A stretch of 46,044 nucleotides of DNA from Gonapodya sp. JEL0774. Lineage: Eukaryota. Location of the stretch: positions 62,001 to 108,044 of the forward strand of contig JADIIX010000075.1 in NCBI GenBank assembly GCA_027604505.1, in the 5' to 3' direction. Numbering within the stretch: the stretch's first letter is position 1; every line of letters begins with the position of its first letter. Shown one piece after another: positions 13,407 through 26,216 of the stretch. The translations under genes and the position numbers were made by a program. The notes below the pieces were generated by a model, which was not told where the DNA came from, did not search any database, and saw nothing but the letters and a program-made list of their open reading frames with translations.

Positions 13407-14951
13407 ATATCTGCCTTGCCAGCCTCTGTCCCTGCCGAGTTCACGCTCTTTCCCTGGATGACGCCACGAAACTCACAAAGATTGTGTCACCCCGTAGGGG
13501 TGCCCTGAGGAGTGCTAGGTCCACACGTTAGATGTAGTTTATCCGGTAGGGACATTAGGCGCCGCACCAGACCAGGCTCCCCACGATTGTCGACACTCTG
13601 GTCAGGTGAGAAGGGCGTGAGAGGACTCTTATTTCCGTTCTATTCGCTATTGTACATGCTCATATTATATCACTCTGGTCAGTGAGGAGTCCGAAGGTGA
13701 CAGATTGGACCCGGTAAATTCTCAGGAGAATTCGTGCGAAGTGGGACCGATGGGACGGCAACGCCCGGGGCGGATACATCAAAGCGTACATCACGAAAGC
13801 GTTCATAACTGCGGCTGGGAACTACCCGCATCCAGTGCAAATCTCAACAGATTATCTAGATGTCGTAATGATGCTTGTTTGCAGGCTCTCGGAGTTCCGA
13901 TTCGAGAGCACTTCTGTTGTATTTGACGGGTCGCATCAAACTCTTCATTCCAGATTGGCGTCCCAACTGTTTTTGAGATTGAGATGCTCCGATCCGGAAA
14001 ACGTTTCGCCTACCTCCGAGGCACCATTTCTCAACACGGCAAACTCTTAATGCAACATCTGGCGTGCTTGCATCTGCTATTGTCGACATCCAGGATAGAG
14101 CCCCCGTTGCGGATATTGGTACCGCATTATTTAGATCAGCGCCTGGAGTGGACGTGATTCCCGAGCCTAGAAGATTGCCCTCCATTCGATCAATCGGTGC
14201 TAATGGGACGGGAGCGAACCGGAGGGATTAACATCATTGCAGCGTCCCCACGCCCCCTCATGTTCCACAATCTGTGATTATATTGCTTTAATTATCCGTC
14301 TGCATGGTACTGATGTCCAACGCACAATCTCGCTCGTTCTAGAACGTGTCCCCACTCCACCGTGACGATTTCCTCAGTTGGCGGAGCGCCCGTGACGAAA
14401 GTAAATATGCAAATAAACCTTACTCTGGTCCTGGTCGTGCAGATGGTGCCGATCGTGAAACATGGGGCTGGGCATGGCTCGCGTGAGTGTTGAAGAGTGT
14501 CTTGCTCCGCTCCTCCAGTTGGAACCTTCGCTTAACGTCAGTTCTCTTGAAATTCTTAGCAATGAACGCCCTCAGGACGCCCTTTCCTGTGCGCTCTGGG
14601 CCGACAATTTTCCACCGCTAACTCTCCAAACCAGGCGTGGCCCAACCCAAATGCACTTTCCCCAGTGCGGTCCCCTGGGTGGACAACACTGAGTCTATCT
14701 ATACACTGGGTTCGGGCAGTCCCCGAGACGAACGGCGCCTACTTCCTTCTTCGCTCCACACTCGAATCGTGCACTCCCGCCGGGCGAGCGCTCATCGAAA
14801 CAACCGTGTTTGACCGTCAACGGAGAATGGTGTGCGTTGCTAGCAGGTAGCTCTGTTGGTGCATAGGGATTGGGAGAAGTTTCAGAGACGCAACAGCAAT
14901 GTGGCTTTGGAGTTGGGTGAACTAGTGCGAAAATTGTCCGCCAAAATGTGA
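13407..14951 (+). pseudogene. Disrupted duplicate of the thioesterase gene
   Basis: Versus copy 1: ATG>ATA at 13407, 218-bp insertion, intron-1 donor lost (AAGGTGATT>ATGATGCTT ~13868), small indels near 14050, 14167, 14343 and 14842. Confidence 0.92.
13485..13702. mobile_element. Solo LTR (218 bp) with 5-bp target-site duplication GATTG
   Basis: Absent from copy 1; termini TGTCACC...GGTGACA; GATTG at 13480-13484 and 13703-13707. Confidence 0.88.
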
Positions 14952-15346
14952 TCAGAATTGGCGAACAACATTGGCTTGCAATGATTGAGAGGACCATTAC
15001 AACTACAAATTACGCCAGGGTATAGACTTTTACCGTACAATTCATGTTATAGCGATGGGGCCTTGTAGGCCCCTCCGCGTTCCCCCTCTCTGATCCTCGT
15101 TCTCGTGGACTATTGGATATGCAGAGATGACAAAAATGGTTCTTTCTCGACAAGCAGTGTTGGCGTTGGTTGGGAGTGATACAATGTGCTTCTACAATTA
15201 AGTAAGTTACATTCGCCCAACGAATTCATGTAGTGTGTGCATGTACTTCTATACATTACTATTCAGTCTACAAGGTACTCCAAATCTACAAAGTGTCCTT
15301 ATCGGCATCTACACAACCCCGCTCTGGGGTACATGCAGAAGCAATT

Positions 15347-18272
15347 CTAAGCTACAACAACATCAAAACCTTCGAGCTCACCGCTCTCTACATAGCTCAT
15401 AAGCTTGCTTCGGTATTCGAGCGGGCCTCCACCGTAAACTTGACTGCGAACGTATTTCGCAGCCTTCTCGTGATCTCCCTCAGCGTTGTAGTAGCCTGAT
15501 GTACAGATACAAGACCGTTCTAGGCCATAAATCAGTCTCAAAAGTACAGTATAGAAACTCACCAGGGGTGCACGTTTCCCGGAATTGAGGGTTGGCCCTC
15601 GATTTTGAGAGTACTTCCTGTGTCCATTTCTCCTCAGCCTCTTTGGTGATCTCAATGGTTTTTGCGTTACGTTTAATCGCTTGTGAGATAACATATGCAG
15701 TGAAAATTGCCTGATCGTTGTAGATGCCTTTTGTGAGGGGTGAATTATGAATCAATCTTCTTTGTGGTTCAGATGCATGGTGAACACTCACTGGGGAAGT
15801 TAACAGAGACAGCAGCCTGAGTATCAGTTCACAAAGGCGGCCGAAATAACAGATATTAGTACATGGAAAGGAGGACAACTTTTCGTATCAACTCTTACCT
15901 GGCGATTGCCGAACTGTATGTAGTTCGGGAACTCGGAAGTAGCGACACCGTAAAGTGATGCATATCCACCGTTCTGCTCCATTTTCTGGTCCCAGGTTAC
16001 TCCACCGCGACCACGAATGACACTGAAAATATAAACGGAAGGACGCTGTGCATCAACGTAGACTAAACTTTGACCTCAACTGACTCACTAGTCATGATGG
16101 GTGCCTTCAACAGGAAGAGTGTAACCCGTACTCCAGATAATGGTGTCCACTTCATATTCTCTTCCCCCCACCACAATTCCGGTGGGTGTGATTCGCTCAA
16201 TTCCTTTGGTGCCAGATCTGCGAACCAAACCATGAGCACAGACCACGCTTAAGGTTGACATCAGTGTTGGCTCCACTCACGTGTCAACGAGCTCAACATT
16301 CGGGCGGTTGAACGTAGGCAAATACGTGTCCGAATAGACAGGGCGCTTGCACCATAAGTTGTCTAATTAGATCACAGGGTCAGTCAGTTTGGTGTGGCGC
16401 TTGAGGGTGCAAACGACCTCAAAACGTACACCACGGCTTTAACGCCTCTGCAGTTTTCTTGTCCTGCACAATATCTTCGCAGCGCTTCCGGATCCTGTTC
16501 ATCCAACGGAAGTCCGCAAGTTGCATCAATTCGGCTGGGCTGAGCTCTGGGTGTTCGCCAGTCTTGGCTTGGTGCTTCGCAAGTTCGAACCACCCTCTGA
16601 AGGATCGAGTGAACCCATCATCTAATTCAATGTCCGGGTCGCCACCAGCACCACCGAGTTGGAATGCCCAGTCCTATACGTAATGCGATGTTGTCACTCG
16701 TCTGCCCAGCGCAGGAAAATAATGGTACACTCACCCGCTTGGCTTGCCAGTTTGGCTCCAATGATTTCCACCACTCGGGGTCAGTGGGAGTGTTGTCTCG
16801 TACGTCTACGGCAGAAGGTGTACGTTGGAATACATAGAGTTTCTTGCAGCTATGCACAAGCGAAGTGTTCGATCAGAACCGGAGCATGGACACAACCGCC
16901 ACAAGATGCTTGCCTCTGTCCCAAGTAAGGAATACACTGGATTCCAGTCGCACCAGTTCCAATGATTGCGACTCGTTTGTCATTGAGGCCCGTCATGTTG
17001 TAATCGCCGTTCGCACTGTACGTCGATTGAATGAGATAATGCATGCACATTGTGGTGCGCACAGCATATACACTCACTTGCCACCTGTGTAGCTATAATC
17101 CCATCGAGCGGTGTGGAACTCCTTACCCTTGAAGGTCTCAATACCCTCCACGTCGGGCAAATGTGGGTGGCTTCAACCAGATTTGAGGTGCCTTATCGGG
17201 TCAGGAAACCTTGATGAGCGTCAACACTCACTTAATAGGTCCGCCGCATGTAATCAGGTACTTGGTGGTTATTTTGTCGTTGTGCTCTGTGGTGCCGCGC
17301 CAAACTTTGTCATCGTCATCCCACGCGAACTCCTTCAACGCTGTCGAGAAAATGGCGTGGTCATAGAGACCGAAGTGGCGGCCCTGGATGATGGGAAATT
17401 TAGTAACTCTGCCGGAATGGCTTTGAGGCGACAAACGTACCATCCGCACGCAGTGTTCACGAATTTCTGGACCTCCAGCGTACCTGAAATCGGATCGACG
17501 TGAGACGGCATCGCTTGGGGAGGAGGATTTGCTTAACTTACTTGTATGTCGGACAGTAGTTGGTTTCCTCAAGCAAGGGGAGATAGCAGTAGCTCTCAGA
17601 GTCTACAGATGAGAGGGGATCGTCAGAGGGAACTACTTACAACCAGTATTGCAACAAGCACTCACCACATGCGACACCGGGGTATCTCTAAATAAATGAG
17701 ATGAATAAAGAAGGAACACGTGGAGCGTCATAGGGGTCACCGGAGAGTGTCATCGCAATCGCGGAGAACGAACAGCAACAAAGCACACTCACGTTCCAGT
17801 ACCAAGTACCTCCGAAATCTCCCGCACGATCCAAAATTTTGAAATCCTTAACCCCGTACTGCTTCAGCTTGGCACCCATCTGGATACCCGAGAAGCCGGC
17901 GCCGAGGACCAAAACGGTGGTGTCGATAACCATTGGCGCTCGTTCCACCTTTGGGGTCCAAATGTCCTCGAACCATTCGGCATACTTCGCGCCCTTCCCC
18001 TCACCAATGGTGATATACTGTTGCTGGTGGTCTTTACGCAACCTGCGCAAGGCACGAACTGGCTGCTTAAAAGTTGGCCAATGGTGTTTCATGATGCTCA
18101 AAAGCCATACCTCTTGTCCCTTTCATCAAGATATTTTTTCCAAAGCTGTCATGTAACAGACGGGGGTTATGCAGATGAGCACAAAAGCGTGGAGAGGCAG
18201 ACTGTCGATGGGCGGCGGATCTCTCACAGCCTCGGAATCAAAGTCAAACTGGAAGAGATCAGTCACGGTCAT
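15347..18272 (-). CDS. Baeyer-Villiger monooxygenase (BVMO-1), apparently intact, multi-exon
   Basis: [65 protein letters not shown] fingerprint, [39 protein letters not shown]. Confidence 0.93.
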
Positions 18273-19938
18273 CTTGCGAGAGAGTTCACAAGGAAGCAAC
18301 GAAGTTTGTGGTCTGATGATGGTTGTGTGAATCTTGGTGAGTGATGGTAGATCCGCCTTCTCCGCAGAAGGTAACAGGATGATTATGTCTCACTTGGAAT
18401 CTCACTTTGGATTGATTTGTCGTTCCGAAGGGTTCCAGCAAAAACCTGGGACTCTTTATTATATCTGCTGGAATTAAATTATTATGATTCACGTTTGTCG
18501 GATATTGCTGGCCGACCAGTCAAACAACCAGATGACCACAGACCTCCCCACAGACCCCCACAATTGGATATGGAACTCCGACCGTGGCACGAACGTAATC
18601 GAACATTGCTTCGCTCAATGTTTTCTTTTGCAATCAGTATTATTCGTGTGTATATAGCTCAGTGTGAGCACTGCCATATCGGAATGACGGTGGATCTTAT
18701 GAATATACAATACATAACATTGTGCTCACAGCAAAACGCGGGGATTGTCCAGGAGTTGCGCGTCGCTCGCGTCTCCGCCATTTGCAGAAATTGTTCCCAG
18801 ATTTCTCGAAGGGAATATCAGGGTAGAAGTTGATTCCCGCGGAAACAATATCCTCACACGGAAATTCCGATGGTCGTACATAGGAGCCACGCAATAATCT
18901 TATCGTCACAGAAACAATCCGGTCATCAGTGCCCCGTTGTGTCTCTTAATCACCAGTCCACACCTGCAGAGACGCGTGGCTGAGTAAAGAACACGATGGG
19001 TCGTTGATGAAGCTTTGGGCACAGAATAGACCGAGAATGTTCTAGTTGACGATCAATAAAGCAGAGCAACAGTGAACAAAGGAATGCAGAACACTAGGCA
19101 ATGAAGCATTCCTGCAGTGATGTATTGAGACGGTCAGGGCAGCATTGAGGAATGTGAAAGCCTTCTCAACCGGGGGACTGGGAGTATTTTCCCCAAATCA
19201 CAAACATTGATTCACACGACATGGTGACGTTATCCGGTACAGGAAGATCAGTTTGAAGCAGTCCTGATAAATCGCAAACTCCATAGAATTCCTTTTCTAG
19301 ATTCACTGGAAATAAAATTAGCAGGCAATGATAACTGTAGATAGATTCATAAATACATTCGCAAACTTCTTTCGGTCCCTTTGAGTGCTTGCAAAGATCG
19401 ATGGGGGTTACACAGGTCAGAAGACTACCTTCGTGTGGCCCATGCGGTGTTCCCGCATACATGCAGGCTCCCACGATTGTAGCGCCTCCTTTGTGGGGCT
19501 TACGTGCGTGGGGAAGCGCGTGGTCGAAAGGAGAGAACCTAACCTTCCCTGCAGAGGCCAAACACAAACGACAAAGTCATCTCTGCTCCCCGCCAGGGGC
19601 CACCCAGATGCAGCGAGCAATCAAGGGAATGCAGGTGGTGATAGAAAGGATGCGGAGATGCGAAAATTTCTCTGTGACGAACAAAACAAAATTAACGGCA
19701 GATTTTCTTTGTGAGAACAAAATAAGACGGTAGTAACTGTCCTAATGTATTTTCCACATCATCTAGTTGTACAATTGCGTGCTCATTTTATTGCCAGTGC
19801 TTCTAGAAAGGGGATTTTAGTGTGTGCGATGGAGTTTGGGAATCGGCCAGTAGTTGGTGCCCCGCCACGTTCTAACGTATGTACACCTCAGCGACCTTTA
19901 GCAGCCCTCAACCAGTCTTATATCACCACTCTTTACAG

Positions 19939-22477
19939 ATGGATCCGATTGATGAGGATCATGTCGATCGAGATGTTGCGGGAGGACGTAAAAAGTCAAC
20001 TAAAGGTGATTCAGTGACCAAGACGCTCGAATGTTCCGCTCTTTTTCACCGGTTCATCATGGAAACACGACATCTTGCGGGTGCTGGCTGGAAAATATTG
20101 GTACTTTCGAACAGCATGTGATGCCTGCTCCAGCAGGAAAGTCCGCTGTGACAACCTGTCCCCACAGTGCAGTCGCTGCAGAACACTCTCCCTGTCGTGC
20201 CAGTACACGCGGACAGTGAAGAAGAGAGGAGTGAGTGAGAGTAGTCTGGACCAATCATCCGTCAACTCGAATCACAGTCTGTCGCGCGCAGCCACCAAAG
20301 GGAAGCACTTCCTCGACGTACCAACGGCTGCGGAAGCTCGAAGAGTTGCTGACTTCTGTGACCAACGGAGAAGCCAATGCAGAATCCGTGATGCAGGTTT
20401 TGAACGATAATAAATCTGTATCGGAAAGCCACAAGAAGCGAAAATTCAACCACGACTCCGCTCCATCTGCTTACGAAGGGTCCCCGCCTGCTGCTCTTGG
20501 GGGACCCGCGATCAACGTCGACTATCTCGGGAGCGCATCCCTTGGCTCCAATTTCTCAAGTCACTCTTCCTCGTCCCATTATTCCCCCGGCAAGGATGAT
20601 GGCACCAGCTCGGATTCCGGAAGTAGTGGTGCAGCAGGCACTGTCGATGGGTCGGGTGGCTTCTCCAACCCTCTCGTGGATCCGATTGCCGCTCTGATCA
20701 ATGGAGAAGATGTGGTAGAGACTGCAGCTGAATTCAATGCCGAAATATTGGGATCGTACTTCACCTACGTCAAGTGAGCTCGCGACAAACTTGGTTGTTA
20801 AAGTTGTGCCTCTCCTGACCAGGACTTTCTTCTAATGATATGTACTTTAGCCCAACTCTGAATTGTATTCACCGAGAAACATTCCTAAGGTCCCTGTCCT
20901 CGCAACCTCCTGAGCTTGTCTACGCAATGTATGCCTGTGCGATTCCTCACACCTCCCTTGCGTCCTATTCCCCCCTTTCTGTGGATTACGGAAAGCTCTA
21001 CTACGAGAAAGCACAGGCCCTCCTGAATCCTTTTGTCAACTCCCGGTCGTCATTGGCAACAGTACAGGCTATGCTCCATCTGGTTTACTTTGCAGCAGGC
21101 TCGGGTACGCCAAACCTGAGCATAACCGACCGACTTTTGGGAATGGCGATAACCATGGCGAAACAGCTACGCATGGACAGCGTCCGGGCACTCAACGGAC
21201 CTTGGCTTGAACGTGAAGGGAAAATTCGGACCATGTGGTGTCTGTGGATGCTTGATACGGTTCGTAAACTTTGAGAAGTACGCTCTGGACTCGGTCTCTT
21301 TGTTTTACGTTGAATCATTGTAGTATTTCACTTCAATCATTCAAAGATCCAACCTGTTATCTCGCGAGTGGATGGTGAGTCAAGAATACTTGCACATTCA
21401 TTTTCTGAGGTTGAATTTCATTCGTATGGATCCAGCGTCAATTTCCATACCCTTGTGCAGATTCGATTTGGGAGATTGGCAATTCTGGGGTCTTCCCTCC
21501 TCAAATTTACCCTCCACCAACCTCACCAAACACACCTTCCTTTGCTGCGATTGTCCATGCCACCAAGCTTATTGGATATATCTCGGAGATCGTCTGGTGG
21601 TTCAAAAGTCCGTCTCCCAACCCTCTAGCACAGGCTTCTCTTGATTACAACGCAATTTGGCATGATCTCGCGAGGGATGCCTTAGTTCCTGGGGTATTCG
21701 TTGAGCCCAATTTTAGCACTAAGGAAACTGCAGCATATCCGCTGATGATGGAAGCACTAGCGCTCATTCAAATGAGCTCACCACCAGTCGGAAGTCCTGC
21801 GGCGACCTTTTTCAGTTTAACTGCGTGTAGGTGTTCTGGTCCCCGATTGGGTTTCGAGTCTGGGGCTCATTCATTATACCTTTTTTCAGACACCGTGTTA
21901 TCTCTGGGAGCCAAAGAAAACAGGGAGGAAGTTCAAGCTATTGTTCAAGCTGTCGTAGGTACGTTACTTGAAGATAGGCTTAACATCCGTGTGCTGCCTT
22001 GCCCATATTGCTTTCACCCATTGCATTAAACACTCCCCACAAGCAATTCTACAACAATCGACCTCGTCGGAAGGCGTGACAGAGCTTGGCTCACCAATTG
22101 GAAGTTATGCGGCCTTTTTTGTCACTTGCCAAGCTGTCCGGTTTGCTCTTTTTGACGAGGCGAAGATTCTACTCTCGGCACTGGAGAGCTATGGACTTGC
22201 GCGCTGGCGTGCATCTGAGAAACTTGCCTGGGAGCTAAGGCGTTCGCTCAAGGAGATTGCCGGATGGATTGATGTCGGTGACCACATCTCAGAGATGCTC
22301 GAAGATCTCGAAGGTGCAGAACGGACGGACAATGAACCCACAGACATCTACCTCTCAATGATGACAAACAAGCTGAGGCTCAGCATGCAGAGCCTCCCAG
22401 CGGATTTCACTGGTACTGAAACTAACGCTATGGAGAGCTGCTGTCCCATAGATCTGGTTTACAATGGCAAAACGTGA
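19939..22477 (+). CDS. Zn(II)2Cys6 fungal transcription factor with middle homology region
   Basis: CDACSSRKVRCDNLSPQCSRCRTLSLSC (C-x2-C-x6-C-x6-C-x2-C-x6-C), coiled coil RLRKLEELL, and MHR-type motifs YFTYV..IHRETF, ATVQAMLHL, GMAITMAKQLRM, ERE..IRTMWCLWMLD. Confidence 0.92.
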
Positions 22478-22565
22478 ATGCCATCGCACTACTCGCCCTC
22501 TTTGCCCACTGATCTTAATCAGCATTACACATAGCATCGTATAATTATAATGCCATCCGATTGTG

Positions 22566-25500
22566 TTACGTCGTTCGAAAAATCTCAGCTACCTTGTCCC
22601 TTATCAAGGCGAAAGCTCCCTCAGCAAAGGTGACTCCACCTGTCCCGTTTCCGCCAGGAAGCAGAAACTGAAGAGTTCTACTCTCCTTGTCTACCCCGCC
22701 TGTTCCGCTGGCATGCCGCCCTTGACGGCCAGCCTCAATCATAAAACCTTTTGTGGCCTTCAAAACCACCTCTGCGCGCCGAAGCAGAGCTTGGATGTCC
22801 GCGGTCCCCGGTTGTGAAGGCTGATCACTGTTACTTGACACTGATGCATCGGGGAGAAAGAGGAGGGGTATTGTGAGCTGATGAACGTCATGGCGATATG
22901 CTGTTCGAAGAAGGTGTCGGTATCCAGATATCACCGGAGAGCGGGTGGTCAATTCATTCCTGAGGGCTGAGAAAAGAAATCTGAACAAAGTGCGGTGTTG
23001 GCGCAGTAATGACACGGAGCAACTTACACCCTTCCTCTATTATCAAATGAAATACAACCTGAATCATCGGGAGGTTGGAGTGACGAGTAATGAAGTAGTC
23101 CCCTGAGGAAATGGAGCCGTTCTAGTCAGCGGAACAACTAGATACCGAAGCACCACGCACCTTCTTCTGTTCTTCCTCCCTTGTCCTCCTTTCTATTCTC
23201 CATTTCAGCTGTTATGTTTTCCAGTTGCTTGGAAAGATCGTCAAAATGAAACTCCGTAGAACGCAAGCAGTTGTCTCTGAAGGCGTGCGCTATCGGTACG
23301 TTCTGATGGGCGCGGGGACGACACCGAAGGTTGGAACTTTAACATAAACTCACGCCTCCAGCCACCTCTCCTCCTCCCAGCTCTTACAGTCCATCGCTCC
23401 CATTCTTTCTTTGTAACCAGAAGAAGTACTCCATTGAGCCGCGTCCCGTACAGACTCGACGCAGTTTGCGCCCGTGCTGCAAGATCCTGATGGGGGTCTC
23501 GTGGGTGACGGAATAAATTTGATTGGGGCAATACGAGGAGGCGAATGTTGTACATTGTTCGGACTGGAATAGCTGTTTTAGCGACTGCTCAATCCACTTG
23601 CTATGAATAAACCCCGATAGTTCACCTTGCGTTCCCTGATAAACAGTGAACGTCTCAGAGAATTCAGGTTCTGTAAATGCATCACCTTGTGCCGCGTTTC
23701 TGAAAACAAAGGCTGGTCAGATTCAATCCAAGAGAACTCTCTCCCGGAAATGGCCGCTGACCTTCCATCTTCCACTTCTCCCTCAGGGTCTCCCTCGGTT
23801 GTTCCCACCGCTTTCCCAATCATTTCTCCAAGTCTCCTGAATCCTTGCATTCCAAGATTCCCCACGGTTGTCACTGAGCTCCCAGAGGACGCTGATGAAA
23901 CCCGCGGTGGTGTTTGAGACACTTGGGACGACCCTACTGGACGCTGGAGGAACGTTAACGGAGAGAAGTTACGCTGCGGTGTTTGTACTGGAGGGGATGA
24001 TGTCACTTGTGGCGAAGGTTGTTGAACGACGGGTGAAGAACCTGACGGTATAGACAACGATTGCCGCCATTGACGGAATGAGGAAGTCGCAACCGGTGAG
24101 CCAGAAGCAGAAGGTCGGCGTGCAAGGTTCGTCGTTGATGCGGTAGTTGAGTGGGGCTGCGAGGGGCGTTGAGGTAGTGTGTTTGAACGGTGCAGGCCAC
24201 GCGGAGATGCCTCTTCGGCAAATGGGTGACTGGTAGAGCTGGTTGGCCGGTGTTGGAGCCGAGGTTGTGCTGTACGAGCAACTGATTTTGAGGCAATGTG
24301 TTGGCGGATACGTTCAGGGAATTCAAGAATAAGGGTGATCGCTTGTTCCTCAAAATTGAAGTTCTTGGTTCAAAAGTACAGAAGTTGTGCGCAGAGGCTC
24401 CCTACTCACAAGGTCCTTGTTGGTTAACTCAAGAGCAGCGTGGGATAATTCTTTGTCAAAGCCCATGTCGGTCAAATCTTGTGCCATTCTCGACAGCTCT
24501 GGATCAGGTTGCGATATGGACGGCTTTAGTGAAGCGAGCGATTGCGAAGGGCTCAACGCGGCTACAACAGTGGTCAGCTTTTGGAGCAGAGGACAAATAT
24601 TAGAAGATGGGATTTGATTGAGACTTGGATCATGATATGACGACGCACGAACCTGGCTTTCACTCTTTTCCTTTCCGTTCCTACTGTCTACACTGCTCGT
24701 TCCATCTGAAATCCCTAAGGTTCCTGCTGATGGCCCAAGCTCACTGGAACTTCTTCGACGCTCTCCTCCGGATATCTCAGGGAAACCGCCTGCGGTCTCG
24801 GAGCCTGTTCCCAAACTTCGTTTTGCAGGTTTATAACACGTGGTGTACACTTCCTCGAAAATCTTCTTGCCATCCGGTAGTTTCACTGGAATCACCGAAG
24901 AGTCAGGGAGTCCAGAGTCTATTGCAGCACTTTCGCGCTGGTCGACTTGCTCTTGATAACGCCTGAGTGCGGCTTTATGCCGCTCATAGAGAAGTTCCAC
25001 GAATGTCCTGAAGTCACGTCGTTGCTCCTCATATGTGCTCTCCAACGCAGATGTGTAAGTAGAGTTAAGCAATTCCATTTCCTGCAACGAAGGTTTGTTA
25101 AATTCGCAAAGCCGCGATTTGGATAAAACAATGCCAAAGAATCTCCCAAAGCAAGACCACAAGGCTGGTGCATTTACAATCCCGTGGGAATCCAACATAG
25201 CAGGTAAACTAAATCAACGGAACACGTGTTGTTGAGCTCCCCTGTCTGGCTGTTCCATATTGCAAGAACTGGCAACGGTTATTCGCGATATATCCCACTC
25301 ACCTCCACATGTTTTCCAAGTACTTGCGTCATGCCCAGAACATTGTGTCCGGGTACCTTCTGCTGGGCTGCCTCCACCTCTTCGGCATGGCGCCTCTGCA
25401 AGTCCGCCAACGCAAATGCACGGTGTCGCCATAGTTCGTCTACGCGCTCAGCAAGTCGACGTTCGTGAAGAAGAAGACGATCAAAAAGAGTTGGTAAAGG

Positions 25501-26070
25501 AGAGGAGGATAGGGCGTGGTATGCTTTTGGGAACAACGGCTTACAGAGGAGTCTGGTCACTGTGACCGCTGGAAAAGTCACCAGACCACCAATGTCCATT
25601 TTCAAACGTACCTCCTTAACAGTGGTATTGTAAGCAGCTGTGTACTTCATGTAAAGGTCTGCCAGGTCCTTGACAGCAACATTTATGTCCACCGTTTGGT
25701 CCCCGTCACTGAAATCCGAGCCTATTCAGAGAGCGAAGACGTTTCCAGATACAATTCATTTGATTGGTGCACAATAACAGCGTGGAGGCACAATATTGTG
25801 AATCCTAACATCTTCGAAATTCAGATGCAGACATTCACCATCAGAAACACCATCTCTCTCTCCCAAATCCCTGACCAGTCCCGCGACTGTTTCCACCAGT
25901 GATTCAATCAGATTATCCGGTAGATCGTTCTCTAGGACGACTCTTCGTACCGCAGCGACAATAAGATCACCACGAGTGATGTCGATGGACACCGGGACCA
26001 AGTCTCCGTTCTCGTCCGAGAGATTAATTGTCACGAATGCATCACGGGAGCTGCGCTCAGGACGATCCAT
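22566..26070 (-). CDS. C12orf4: C12orf4/FERRY3 (DUF2362) homologue with internal UBA domain, multi-exon
   Basis: C-terminal GDYFITRHSNLPMIQVVFHL, SPVISGYRHLLRTAYRHDVHQLTIPLLF and RRAEVVLKATKGFMIE match the recalled conserved C12orf4 C-terminus. Confidence 0.85.
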
Positions 26071-26216
26071 TTACTGAAAATCCGAACAAACTTGATTGTG
26101 GTGTACGAAAGTATTTTATATTTACATGATTACATTCGGGACTATGTACACTTGGCTTGCCAATTCTTCGACTGCGCGCAACGATCATCCCCTCTCTCCC
26201 TTTTTGTTCCGAGTAA

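Larger units (their letters stand above)
13281..17389 (+). repeat. Segmental duplication copy 2 (direct repeat of 6719-9648)
   Basis: Direct sequence comparison with copy 1. Confidence 0.95.

Noticed and set aside
19166..19733. ORFs of 109-133 aa between BVMO-1 and the regulator
   Set aside because: No recognisable motif or consistent exon chain; treated as intergenic.
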